Origin: Gammaproteobacteria bacterium
GTDB lineage: Bacteria; Bacteroidota; Bacteroidia; Flavobacteriales_D; JABDKJ01
Length of the DNA stretch: 25,965 nucleotides
Assembly: GCA_047638815.1 (NCBI GenBank)
Contig: JBLIMR010000040.1
Coordinates: 1 to 25,965 of the forward strand
Direction of reading: 5' to 3'
Under the pieces are notes generated by a model. It saw only the letters and a list, made by a program, of their open reading frames with translations. It did not search any database and was not told the DNA's origin. A program made the position numbers and the translations under genes. The first letter of the stretch is position 1. Each line of letters opens with the position of its first letter. Positions 1-8,277 of the stretch are shown here, piece by piece.

Positions 1-209
1 AATGCATCATAATCGATGCTGCTAAATTCTTTCGAGTAACTAAAGCCATCACCCATAGGATCAGACTTAGCAGAATTTTGACGAAGAATATTTAACTTAA
101 GTTGATTTGGCCACCAATCTCTATTGGAAGTACCACCACCAGCGCTATTCTTTTGAGCGCCTCCCATGAAAGGACATTTACTTATATCTCCACCGTTATT
201 ATTATCCAT
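1..209 (-). CDS. katG: Catalase-peroxidase KatG, N-terminal 69 codons; the gene continues beyond the window start
   Basis: The minus-strand ATG at 209..207 translates to [69 protein letters not shown]. The [12 protein letters not shown] and KCPF blocks are the conserved KatG N-terminal signature. A stop lies 4 codons upstream of this ATG. Confidence 0.8.
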   Translation of the reverse strand, partial: MDNNNGGDISKCPFMGGAQKNSAGGGTSNRDWWPNQLKLNILRQNSAKSDPMGDGFSYSKEFSSIDYDA

Positions 210-388
210 AGTTAAGTTTTATTTTCAAAATTACGAACACCAAAAATACCGATTTGTTTATTTTCATACTGCCTTTTTATTCAGATTTAAATAAAGATTT
301 TCTAACAAGATTTTAAGTCTGGATTATTGAAGGAGTTGAACACATTATATTCAAACAAAGCGGTCATTGAGAGCGAAATGAAATGAAG

Positions 389-611
389 CGAAGAATCTCG
401 GTTAGCTTATCGGACCAGGTGATTTATATTTTCCTTCACGCACCCACTTGCCCTCAAGGGCACCATCGCTTCATCAGGGTATGGCTAAAAAAAAGATGTC
501 AATCTGAATGGAGCGCAGCATAATGAAGAATCTACTTCTAAATTATCGGGCTACATTTTATGGAACATTCGTAAATTTATTACTGCCCTATTTTTAGTGC
601 GAGATTCTTCG
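389..611. repeat. Pair of perfect 12-bp inverted repeats (cgaagaatctcg at 389-400, cgagattcttcg at 600-611) bracketing about 200 bp of noncoding DNA in the katG/isochorismatase intergenic region. The core 9-mer gaagaatct also occurs a third time at 526-534
   Basis: Read directly from the sequence. The region is richer in GC than the flanking AT-rich spacers. No ORF of 60 aa or more is present. Confidence 0.4.
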
Positions 612-731
612 GTCGTGCCTCCCTCTGAATGACGGCTTCTATTAAGCAGCAATACCTTTGATTCAAATTCCAAACTATATTAATCCTCGTACACTATCTT
701 TAACCCGAATGAAATTGCCATCCCTTGATAC

Positions 732-1280
732 ATGAAGAAGAATAAAGCACTACTGATCATCGATATGCAAAAAGGTTCTTTCACAGCCAAAACTTCTCGT
801 TTTGATACTGAGGGAGTAGTGAATAGATTGAATCAACTTTCAGAAATATTCCGAAATGAAAATTCACCGGTTATCTACGTTCAGCACGATGGCACTGGTT
901 CAGGAGAGTTTGAGAAAAACGCTACTGATTGGTCTCTACTAGATGATCTTCATGTTGAACCCACAGACATTATGATTGATAAATATGCCAACGATGTATT
1001 TTACAATTCGAAGCTGGAATCCATACTCTCTGAATTAGAAACGAGCGAAGTCTATATTACTGGTTGTGCCACTGATTTTTGTGTAGAAGCAACAGTACAA
1101 TCAGCTTTGGCCAAAGACTTTACCATTACCGTAGTCGCTGATGGACATACCACTGGCGAAAGACCGCACCTATCCGCTGTGCAAGTTATTGAACATTATA
1201 ACTGGGCATGGCAAAACATGATCCCAACGAAAGGAACCATTAGCGTTAGAACTTTTCAAGAAATAAAAAGCAATAACTAA
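732..1280 (+). CDS. Isochorismatase-family cysteine hydrolase (YcaC/PncA-like)
   Basis: 182 aa. The N-terminus ALLIIDMQKG is the isochorismatase-family motif. The conserved Cys sits in ITGCATDFCVEAT. Confidence 0.85.
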   Translation: MKKNKALLIIDMQKGSFTAKTSRFDTEGVVNRLNQLSEIFRNENSPVIYVQHDGTGSGEFEKNATDWSLLDDLHVEPTDIMIDKYANDVFYNSKLESILSELETSEVYITGCATDFCVEATVQSALAKDFTITVVADGHTTGERPHLSAVQVIEHYNWAWQNMIPTKGTISVRTFQEIKSNN

Positions 1281-1331
1281 AGGATTCCTGTTTGGCTCGA
1301 TGCCTTACCTTTGGCTAAAATTAATTCCGCC

Positions 1332-2297
1332 ATGTCTACAGAACCTAACCAGCTTATTAAAACAAGATTGCACATTCGCAATCGAAACAGAGAAAGGTAC
1401 GATCTGGAAGCACTGCTGAAAGTCAATCCGGAATTACAAGATTATATTAAACCCAACAAACGCGGGGAAGACTCTGTCGATTTTTCGGATCCTAAGTCTG
1501 TGAAAGTTCTTAATAGAGCGCTACTAAATCAATACTACGGCATCAAATCATGGGAATTTCCTAACGCGAATCTCTGTCCTCCAATTCCGGGACGAGCGGA
1601 TTATTTGCACTATGCCGCAGATCTCTTGGCGGAAAATAACGCAGGTGAAATTCCGAAAGGAAACATGATTAAATGTCTGGATATTGGTGTTGGAGCAAGT
1701 TGTATATATCCTATTATCGGTGTTACTGAGTATGATTGGGACTTTATAGGCTCTGACATTGATCCCAAATCGATCGAATCTGCGGATGAAATTGTCAAAT
1801 CAAATCCTACGTTGAAAGACAAGGTATCTCATGTGCTGCAAAAAGACCAAGACAAAATATTTGATGGTGTCATAGGGAATGAAGACAAAACGGATATCGT
1901 AATCTGCAATCCTCCCTTCCACTCCACTGCCAGTGAAGCGAAGAAAGTCTCAAAACGAAAAGTTAGAAATCTTACAGGTAAAAAACTGGGCAATCTAACA
2001 TTAAACTTTTCGGGGAAACCTGGAGAGTTGGTTTATCCAGGTGGCGAGTATGGTTTTATTCAAAATATGATCACACAGAGTGCCAATCATGCTGGAAACG
2101 TATTATGGTTCACAACGCTAGTATCAAAGCAAGCCAACCTTAGAGGAATATACAAATCACTAGACAACATCGGGGCTAAAAAAGTAGAAACAATCCCAAT
2201 GGGTACAGGAAACAAATCCTCAAGAATCGTAGCATGGACTTTTCTCTCAAAACAAGAGCAAAGAGAATGGCGTGATGAAAGATGGAGTGAGGTTTAA
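1332..2297 (+). CDS. rlmF: 23S rRNA (adenine1618-N6)-methyltransferase RlmF
   Basis: Contains the NPPFH catalytic motif (VICNPPFHST). The N-terminus HIRNRNRERYDLEALLKVNPEL and the CPPIPGRADYLHYAADLL block match RlmF/YbiN. The ORF track opens at TTG 1311, but ATG 1332 (MSTEPNQL...) aligns with the RlmF N-terminus. Confidence 0.85.
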   Translation: MSTEPNQLIKTRLHIRNRNRERYDLEALLKVNPELQDYIKPNKRGEDSVDFSDPKSVKVLNRALLNQYYGIKSWEFPNANLCPPIPGRADYLHYAADLLAENNAGEIPKGNMIKCLDIGVGASCIYPIIGVTEYDWDFIGSDIDPKSIESADEIVKSNPTLKDKVSHVLQKDQDKIFDGVIGNEDKTDIVICNPPFHSTASEAKKVSKRKVRNLTGKKLGNLTLNFSGKPGELVYPGGEYGFIQNMITQSANHAGNVLWFTTLVSKQANLRGIYKSLDNIGAKKVETIPMGTGNKSSRIVAWTFLSKQEQREWRDERWSEV

Positions 2298-2507
2298 TTA
2301 CGAATGACGAATCGGGGAATTACGAATTGTTGGATGCGGTTTGTGTTTAAAAGGGTCATTCTGAGATAGGCTCGACTGTATGAATCTGTTGAGGCTTTCT
2401 TGGTGAAGAAAATTGGCAGTGCCCGATGTCCTTTAGACTTCAAATTTTCAAATTCCCTATTCCAAATTCTTTTACTATTCTATAATCTATATACCGTCCG
2501 AATGATG

Positions 2508-3845
2508 CTATACCTCTCTAACCCTTACCTTCTTCTTCTTCAGTCTCATGTTATTCACCTTTGGGATCAATTCTGCGATGGCTGATTTTTTGACAGAAAC
2601 AAAAACACAATCCGTCTTGAGTTCTATCACTCCTAATTCATCCTTTTGTAAATCACCTTGCTTGAAGAATAATCCCGCAACATCTCCTTTGGAAATTTTA
2701 TCTTTTCTTCCCCCGGAAATAAACAAGGTACTCCATTCAGATCTTGATGGCAAATCAGCTTTGGTCAATTTTTCTTCAGGAATATCTCCAATAAAATCAG
2801 GCAATTCCTCCTTGTTGTAATGTAGCACATATGCAGTTCCATTGCTATTCATTCTGGCAGTTCGACCATTTCGATGTGTAAATTCTTCACTTCTTGTCGG
2901 CAGATGATAGTGAACAATAAACTTTAACTCAGGAACATCAATACCTCTTGCTGCCAAATCCGTTGACAATAATATTTTATGTGTTCCATTGCGAAACTTA
3001 ATCAAAGCTCTTTCTCTATCAATTTGTTCCATACCACCATGGAAGGAACCATGAGATATTCCATGATCAGATAAGAAATCACTCACACGCTCAATGGAAT
3101 CTCTGAAATTACAAAATATGATGCCATTGCTATTTCCAACATGAGCCAGTAAATCTAATAACGTATCAAGCTTGTCTGCTTTTGGAGACAATACTTTTTT
3201 GATAGATAACTGCGTCAGTCCGTCTCCCGAATAATCAATAACTTGCAGGTCTTTCAATTGAACAAAAGATGGCACTTTTACCCCTTGAGTTGCAGAAGTA
3301 AGAACTTTCTTTTCAATATTTGGTAAAAAGTCAAGGATCTGCATCATTTCCACTTCGAAGCCAACTTCCAATGATTTGTCAAATTCATCCAAGACCAATG
3401 TCTTTATCTCCTCCACAGAAAAGTTCTGACGCCTAAGATGATCCGCAACTCTTCCAGGAGTACCAATAAGTATTGCCGGGCGATGTTTTATCTCCTCTCT
3501 GTCTTTAGCTCCAGCACGTCCACCATACACAGCATTGATCTTAAATCCCGTACCCATCTCACGAGCAACTTGCTCTATCTGGATGGCCAATTCTCTTGAT
3601 GGGACAATGATAACGGCTTGTATCTCATTTGAGTTTTTATCTAATGCGGAGATCAATGGCAGCAGAAAACCAAGTGTTTTACCCGTTCCTGTTGGAGATA
3701 AGAGCATGATTTCGTCATGCTTTTCCATTTTATCCAAGCACTCAACTTGCATAGGGTTAAGCTGTTCTATCCCTAATTTGGCTAATATGGCTTCTTGACT
3801 TTTTATTGATTTGGACATTTTGCGAAGGTACTCTCCCACATTCAT
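2508..3845 (-). CDS. dbpA: ATP-dependent DEAD-box RNA helicase with a DbpA-type C-terminal RNA-binding domain. Motif II reads DEFD instead of DEAD
   Basis: 445 aa. Helicase motifs found: I SPTGTGKT, Ia PSRELA, Ib TPGR, II VLDEFD, III SAT, V ARGIDV, VI HRNGRTAR. The C-terminal 80 aa (GGRKDKISKGDVAGLF...VSV) resemble the DbpA RNA-binding domain. The stop is TAG. Confidence 0.8.
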   Translation of the reverse strand: MNVGEYLRKMSKSIKSQEAILAKLGIEQLNPMQVECLDKMEKHDEIMLLSPTGTGKTLGFLLPLISALDKNSNEIQAVIIVPSRELAIQIEQVAREMGTGFKINAVYGGRAGAKDREEIKHRPAILIGTPGRVADHLRRQNFSVEEIKTLVLDEFDKSLEVGFEVEMMQILDFLPNIEKKVLTSATQGVKVPSFVQLKDLQVIDYSGDGLTQLSIKKVLSPKADKLDTLLDLLAHVGNSNGIIFCNFRDSIERVSDFLSDHGISHGSFHGGMEQIDRERALIKFRNGTHKILLSTDLAARGIDVPELKFIVHYHLPTRSEEFTHRNGRTARMNSNGTAYVLHYNKEELPDFIGDIPEEKLTKADLPSRSEWSTLFISGGRKDKISKGDVAGLFFKQGDLQKDELGVIELKTDCVFVSVKKSAIAELIPKVNNMRLKKKKVRVREV

Positions 3846-3965
3846 TTTTTCTTATAAAAAATGATGTCTAGCAAATAACAATAGGATTGGTTCTTTTCAC
3901 TCAAGTTACTGATCTTTTTTTAGAGCGCTAAAAAGGATAGGCCGCTTGTATTTACAGACACTCCA

Positions 3966-4721
3966 ATGGCAAAAAGAAAAATGAATCCAATCCTTCTTAT
4001 AATCCTACTTTTTTTAATCAGCGGCTGCCAGGGACAAAACGAGCAAAACATGAGCACTAAAAACAATCTTCTTTTATGTGATCCAGAGGAAGCAGCATGC
4101 GAAGTTCCTGATAATACAAAAACCAAAACTATAACACCTGAAGAATTTTTTGATCGTCCCATAAAAATCGTTTATTATACCGATCCCATCTGTTCTTCAT
4201 GTTGGGGAGTAGAGCCTCAATTGAGAAAGTTGAAAATGGAATATGGTCATATTGTTGAGATTCAATACCACATGGGCGGACTGCTTCCCGACTGGAGTTA
4301 TAATAGCGGAGCCATCAGCGAGCCATCTGATGTTGCTCACCATTGGGACGAGTTTAGTCTAGATTACAAAATGCCTATTAATGGAGATATTTGGCTGGAA
4401 GATCCATTGGATTCATCCTACCCTCCTTCTATTGCTTTTAAAGCGGCCCAGCTTCAAGATGAGAAAAAGGCCATTGAATTCATGAGGCTTTTAAGAGTAA
4501 TGGTCTTTTTGGAGAAAACTAATATTACCAAATGGGATGTCATGGCGGATACTGCGGAAAAAACAGGTCTAGATGTCAAAATGCTAAAATTGCATTACAA
4601 CAATCAAGCAAAAACTTTGTTCCAAGCTGATTTAGATAATGGCCGTCAACTTGGCGTCAGAGGGTTCCCAACTTTTATTATGTCGAACGGGAAAGGTGTT
4701 CAGGAGACTGTATATGGCTAA
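3966..4721 (+). CDS. DsbA-family (FrnE/YjbH-like) thiol-disulfide oxidoreductase lipoprotein. The ORF is closed by an in-frame TAA at 4719-4721, and homology continues beyond it
   Basis: Lipoprotein signal MNPILLIILLFLISGC. Thioredoxin-fold CxxC active site in DPICSSCWGVEP. The cis-Pro loop region GFPTF lies near the end. The overall pattern matches DSBA-like (PF01323) proteins. Confidence 0.75.
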   Translation: MAKRKMNPILLIILLFLISGCQGQNEQNMSTKNNLLLCDPEEAACEVPDNTKTKTITPEEFFDRPIKIVYYTDPICSSCWGVEPQLRKLKMEYGHIVEIQYHMGGLLPDWSYNSGAISEPSDVAHHWDEFSLDYKMPINGDIWLEDPLDSSYPPSIAFKAAQLQDEKKAIEFMRLLRVMVFLEKTNITKWDVMADTAEKTGLDVKMLKLHYNNQAKTLFQADLDNGRQLGVRGFPTFIMSNGKGVQETVYG

Positions 4722-4973
4722 AAACCATACTCTGCTTTTGAAAGTACGATCAACAAGTTGTATCCTGAGGCACAGAAAAAAGATTACTTTAAAAATTGGA
4801 ATGATCTGTTCGGAAAATATCAAACTCTGACAACGAGGGAATTCTCAGAATTAAGTGGCAAGACAAATGAGGTCTCTCAAGTTGAACTTTCGAAACTTTT
4901 TGAAGAAAAAAAAGTAAATAAGCTTACAACCAAGAAGGGTCCTCTTTGGATCCGTATAGATGCAGTTCGCTAG
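4722..4973 (+). pseudogene. In-frame continuation of the DsbA-like gene after the TAA, in the same frame as 3966. It appears to encode the final helix of the fold plus a C-terminal extension
   Basis: Codons at 4722 onward (KPYSAFESTINKLYPEAQKK...) run in the frame of the upstream gene. They align with the helix that normally follows the last beta-strand of DsbA/FrnE-like proteins (G-A-Q-P-P-E-V-F-E-Q-A-L type). The track ORF 4758..4973 is in this frame and ends at TAG 4971-4973. Confidence 0.5.
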
Positions 4974-5008
4974 GTACAGTAATTCTATCTTCAAACAACA
5001 ACAAATTA

Positions 5009-5497
5009 ATGCGAGCATTTAAAACCCTATCCGACTTAAATGAACAGCAGAAAGCGAAATATAAAATTGCTATTTCGACTGCATTTCCTAGAATAATTTT
5101 AGAACCTGAAGTAATTAAAAAGTACTGGAATCGATTGGAATAATATTTTCCAGACACTCAAGCATTACTATTGGACCGCAACGAAAAAATTATTGGTTTT
5201 ATGAATATGATTCCATTCTACTGGGATCAGACCTTGATCGATCTCCCTGATAATGGCTGGGATTGGATGTTACAAAAGGGTGTTGAAGATTATGAAAGCA
5301 ACATAAAACCAAACACCATTGGTGGATTACAAATTATAATTCCAACAGAATACCAAAGTAAAGGACACAGTGAAATGATTATTAATATTCCTATGCTTAT
5401 CATAATTCTTCTAGTATTTCCAACCATAGTGGCTCCGTTAGTGTTAACTCTGATAACTCAGGTAAAAAGCCGTTGTATAGTCCTCTGGCCTGTATAG
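5009..5497 (+). pseudogene. GNAT-like acetyltransferase remnant. It is interrupted by an in-frame TAA at 5141-5143 and has no recognisable motif B at its C-terminus
   Basis: Track ORFs 4946..5143 and 5171..5497 lie in one frame separated by a single TAA. The joined product (...KKYWNRLE*YFPDTQALLLDRNEKIIGFMNMIPFYWD...IIIPTEYQSKGHSEMIIN) resembles the beta2-beta4 region and Q/RxxGxG-like motif A of GNAT acetyltransferases. The hydrophobic tail looks like out-of-frame decay. Confidence 0.35.
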
Positions 5498-5994
5498 CCT
5501 TTCTTAGTTTATTGATTTGATCTGTCATAATTTAGTGAATACTTTCTTATTATCTCTTCCTCCTCCCCGTTCCAAACATCGCAGAATACAGAGAAGAGAA
5601 TATTTGGATCTGTTATGGTTAGTGACGTAAGTTAATTGTGTAATTGATTGGATAGAACACCAAAAACGGCAGTAATAAATATTAAAAAAAAGGAGGTCCT
5701 ACAATTGTAGAGCCTCAAAAAACATTAAATAACGGCACTCCTTATCTAGAATTTCCACAGACTTGCCAGAAAGAAACATGATATTTTCAATCCGGTCATT
5801 CCTTATTACCTAATTATATCATGTAAATATATTCATGGCCGAAATGAAACGATACCATATTCGAACAAATAATTAGCTCAAAAAAGTCAATTCTAAAATT
5901 GATTGTTGTCATATGGTATTCTACAGATTAACATTAGATCAATATTGAAACATAAGTGCAATCTGTTATTTGACGACAATGGCATTAAAATTAC

Positions 5995-7002
5995 TTAAGA
6001 TGATTTTTTTTTAAATTGACTAGGTAACATGCCATACCTTTTTTTGAATATTTTTGAAAAGTTACTTCTACTGGATACACCAACTTTATAGCAGACTTCG
6101 GACACGTTCAAATCGGTTGTACTTAGTAGTAGTTTAGCTTGGCCCATTCGAACATTCGAAATATAATGTCCTACTGTATCTCCATAAAGAAATTTCACAC
6201 CAACTTGCAGTTTTTTTACACTCATTCCATAGTGTTTACTTATTTTTGGAACAGTCAAAATTGTTTCTAAGTTACAGAGTACATAAGGGCCTAAGGAAGT
6301 TATTGTGGATAGTTCGACCTTACTTAGGCTATGCTTCGAGCTGATTTCCTCAATATCTTTATTATACGCTTTGATCTGTGATGCAAACAGATTAAGAACA
6401 GCGCCTTCTGTAAGAAGCCCTCCCACTAAATCAATATTTTTGTTCGCACATACTATCGAAGCGTACTTTTCTGATTGAATGTCAATGTTTCCTCGATGTC
6501 TAAAAGGAAGTTTTGTTGAGATGTTTAGGAATATCTCTCCAACATTTGAATATATTCTTTTCGCATTTCTTATGTTCAAACTTGCTAATAACTGTAAATC
6601 AACTAATACTACAGCTAGTTGAAGCTCAACGTTTTCAGGAAAGGTTATTTGCGCTGAAGTCTTGGCACTACCTTTAACAATCATATTTTGATTTTGCAGA
6701 ATCTTGGCGAATTCTTCTTTCTTACCGAAACGGTGAAGAAAATGACCTTTTACGTTGTAACAGAAATAATACGGACCATCATCCCCTAAATCCAAGTCAA
6801 CCCTAAAATCAGAGTAAAAAGTAATGTTATACACCCATACAGTTAATCCATCAAATAGGCGGTATGAACTAATAAACCCCTTTGCTTTTTCGTTATCCAT
6901 GTTAATGGTGGACGCGTCATTTTCTTCATCTAACTCCGCATCGAAGTACCTGGCCATCTCCTTTACATGGTTTGAGCGGGGGTCTTCTTCAAGGTTCAGC
7001 AT
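5995..7002 (-). CDS. AraC-family transcriptional regulator
   Basis: 335 aa. The C-terminal AraC-type dual helix-turn-helix (HTH) reads ISKHYGMSVKKLQVGVKFLYGDTVGHYISNVRMGQAKLLL...VSEVCYKVGVSSRSNFSKIFKKRYGMLPSQF. The stop is TAA. Confidence 0.85.
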   Translation of the reverse strand: MLNLEEDPRSNHVKEMARYFDAELDEENDASTINMDNEKAKGFISSYRLFDGLTVWVYNITFYSDFRVDLDLGDDGPYYFCYNVKGHFLHRFGKKEEFAKILQNQNMIVKGSAKTSAQITFPENVELQLAVVLVDLQLLASLNIRNAKRIYSNVGEIFLNISTKLPFRHRGNIDIQSEKYASIVCANKNIDLVGGLLTEGAVLNLFASQIKAYNKDIEEISSKHSLSKVELSTITSLGPYVLCNLETILTVPKISKHYGMSVKKLQVGVKFLYGDTVGHYISNVRMGQAKLLLSTTDLNVSEVCYKVGVSSRSNFSKIFKKRYGMLPSQFKKKSS

Positions 7003-7211
7003 ATGGTGATATTGTAGGTTGTTAAACGCTTTATCTGTAAAGTTAATGTAATAATTGAAAAAAATCCTCTGAGATCAACACTATGTAACATTAATTTACC
7101 TCTTCTATTCCAGCTCTTGTTATATTGACTTGACTGATTTTATTACTTATCCCAATGGTTAAAACTTATTCTTTACAGAGTCTAATATTACAATATAGAC
7201 TTAATCGAATG

Positions 7212-7556
7212 TTACACCATTGATTTATTACAATACGTTGCTTTTTCAAAATCCCTGATATTGATAGAAATTATCGAAACATCCGGGAACATTAATTTCG
7301 GTTGTGTTACTACTTTCTCTGAAAGATTCTTTTTTTCAGCATTGGTTCTTCCCTCCATAATATTAGCAAAAACATGAATGAAATCATTTTTAGTATCTCC
7401 GATATTATAATATGTAAAAGGATTGATTCTAATTTTAATATCTCCTTTACCAAAAAGATCAGTTGATTCTGCTGCATCATACACCTTTTGAATTATTTCA
7501 TTTGGTGATTTTAATTTTATAATATTTTCAGAGCAGTCAATTACAAAATGTGGGAT
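7212..7556 (-). CDS. Tautomerase-superfamily protein of the 5-carboxymethyl-2-hydroxymuconate isomerase (CHMI/HpaF) type. The only possible initiator is ATC at 7556..7554, directly before Pro
   Basis: On the minus strand the frame reads TAA(7562..7560) CTT ATC CCA CAT TTT = * L I P H F V I D C S E N I I K L K S P N E I I Q K V Y D A A E S T D L F G K G D I K I R I N P.... The PHFVIDCSENI block matches the CHMI N-terminus MPHFIVECSDNI. The frame is continuous to the stop at 7212. The ORF track begins at an internal GTG at 7484. Confidence 0.6.
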   Translation of the reverse strand: MPHFVIDCSENIIKLKSPNEIIQKVYDAAESTDLFGKGDIKIRINPFTYYNIGDTKNDFIHVFANIMEGRTNAEKKNLSEKVVTQPKLMFPDVSIISINIRDFEKATYCNKSMV

Positions 7557-7646
7557 AAGTTATTTATTGATTTTGGGATTGGTTTAAATCTAGTGTTTTC
7601 TACTTAGATAACACCCGTTAATTACGGCAATTGAAGTAGTCAATTT

Positions 7647-8147
7647 TTATTTCAATATTAGCTGCAAAAAATTCACATCTAACCACTTGTCAAATTTAAA
7701 TCCCACTTCTTTAAATGTACCTACTTCTTTAAAACCAAATTTCTCATGAAACTCCACGCTTCTGTCATTTGAAGCATCCACGCCTGCAATCATAGTATGA
7801 AAACCACCTTCTTTTGCTAAATCAATGAGTTCGGTCATGAGCTCTTTTCCAATCCCTAAACCTCTAACATTCTTATGTACGTATATAGAGTGTTCCACAC
7901 TAAACTGATAAGCAGCTCGAGGTCTAAAAAATCCATATGTGCCAAACCCAATTACATCACCTTCTTTTTCTGCAACCAAAATCGGCATCCCTTCCTGACT
8001 TTTTTGTTCGAACCAATTTAGTTGGGCATCATAAGTTCTTTCTTTATAATCATATACAACTGTTGAGTTTACGATTTCATAATTTACAATTTCTAATATT
8101 TTGGCAACATCTTCTTTTCTTGCCTTTCGAATAATTAATTCACTCAT
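7647..8147 (-). CDS. GNAT-family N-acetyltransferase, phosphinothricin/methionine-sulfoximine acetyltransferase (PAT/YwnH)-like
   Basis: 166 aa. Motif A is VRGLGIGKELM. The pattern MxIRxARxEDVxxILEI...PILVAE...GFGTYGFFRPRAAY...HTMIAGVDASNDRSVEFHEKFGF is typical of the PAT subfamily. Confidence 0.85.
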   Translation of the reverse strand: MSELIIRKARKEDVAKILEIVNYEIVNSTVVYDYKERTYDAQLNWFEQKSQEGMPILVAEKEGDVIGFGTYGFFRPRAAYQFSVEHSIYVHKNVRGLGIGKELMTELIDLAKEGGFHTMIAGVDASNDRSVEFHEKFGFKEVGTFKEVGFKFDKWLDVNFLQLILK

Positions 8148-8277
8148 TTTATATTTTCTATGGTCCCAACAGGATAAAACACGGATCTTAGTTTCAAAAA
8201 TACATTATTTACCTCCATTTGATTTCAAAAAAAATATAGATTTACAGAGTACAATGAAATTAATAATTACGCGATAA

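Noticed and set aside
405-425. cggaccaggtg resembling part of the SRP (4.5S) RNA conserved domain
   Set aside because: Only a partial match (ctggtccga versus aggtccgga). The flanking sequence lacks the GGAAGCAGCC apical loop.
2296-2328. Direct repeat of aattacgaat (2296-2305 and 2319-2328) in the convergent rlmF/helicase spacer
   Set aside because: It is only 10 bp, AT-rich, with a single extra copy, and has no hairpin or terminator structure. Most likely chance, so no functional inference is made.
4719-5143. Possibility that TAA is reassigned as a sense codon in this organism
   Set aside because: The isochorismatase gene (TAA at 1278-1280), rlmF and the minus-strand AraC gene all terminate with TAA, followed closely by the next gene. 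TAA therefore functions as a normal stop here.
7478-7492. I first suspected a 4-bp tandem duplication (frameshift) at the N-terminus of the tautomerase gene
   Set aside because: Re-reading the reverse complement base by base showed that I had inserted an extra ATG. The track ORF starts at an internal GTG (7484..7482), and the frame is continuous from the TAA at 7562..7560 to the stop at 7212. Only the ATC-start anomaly remains.
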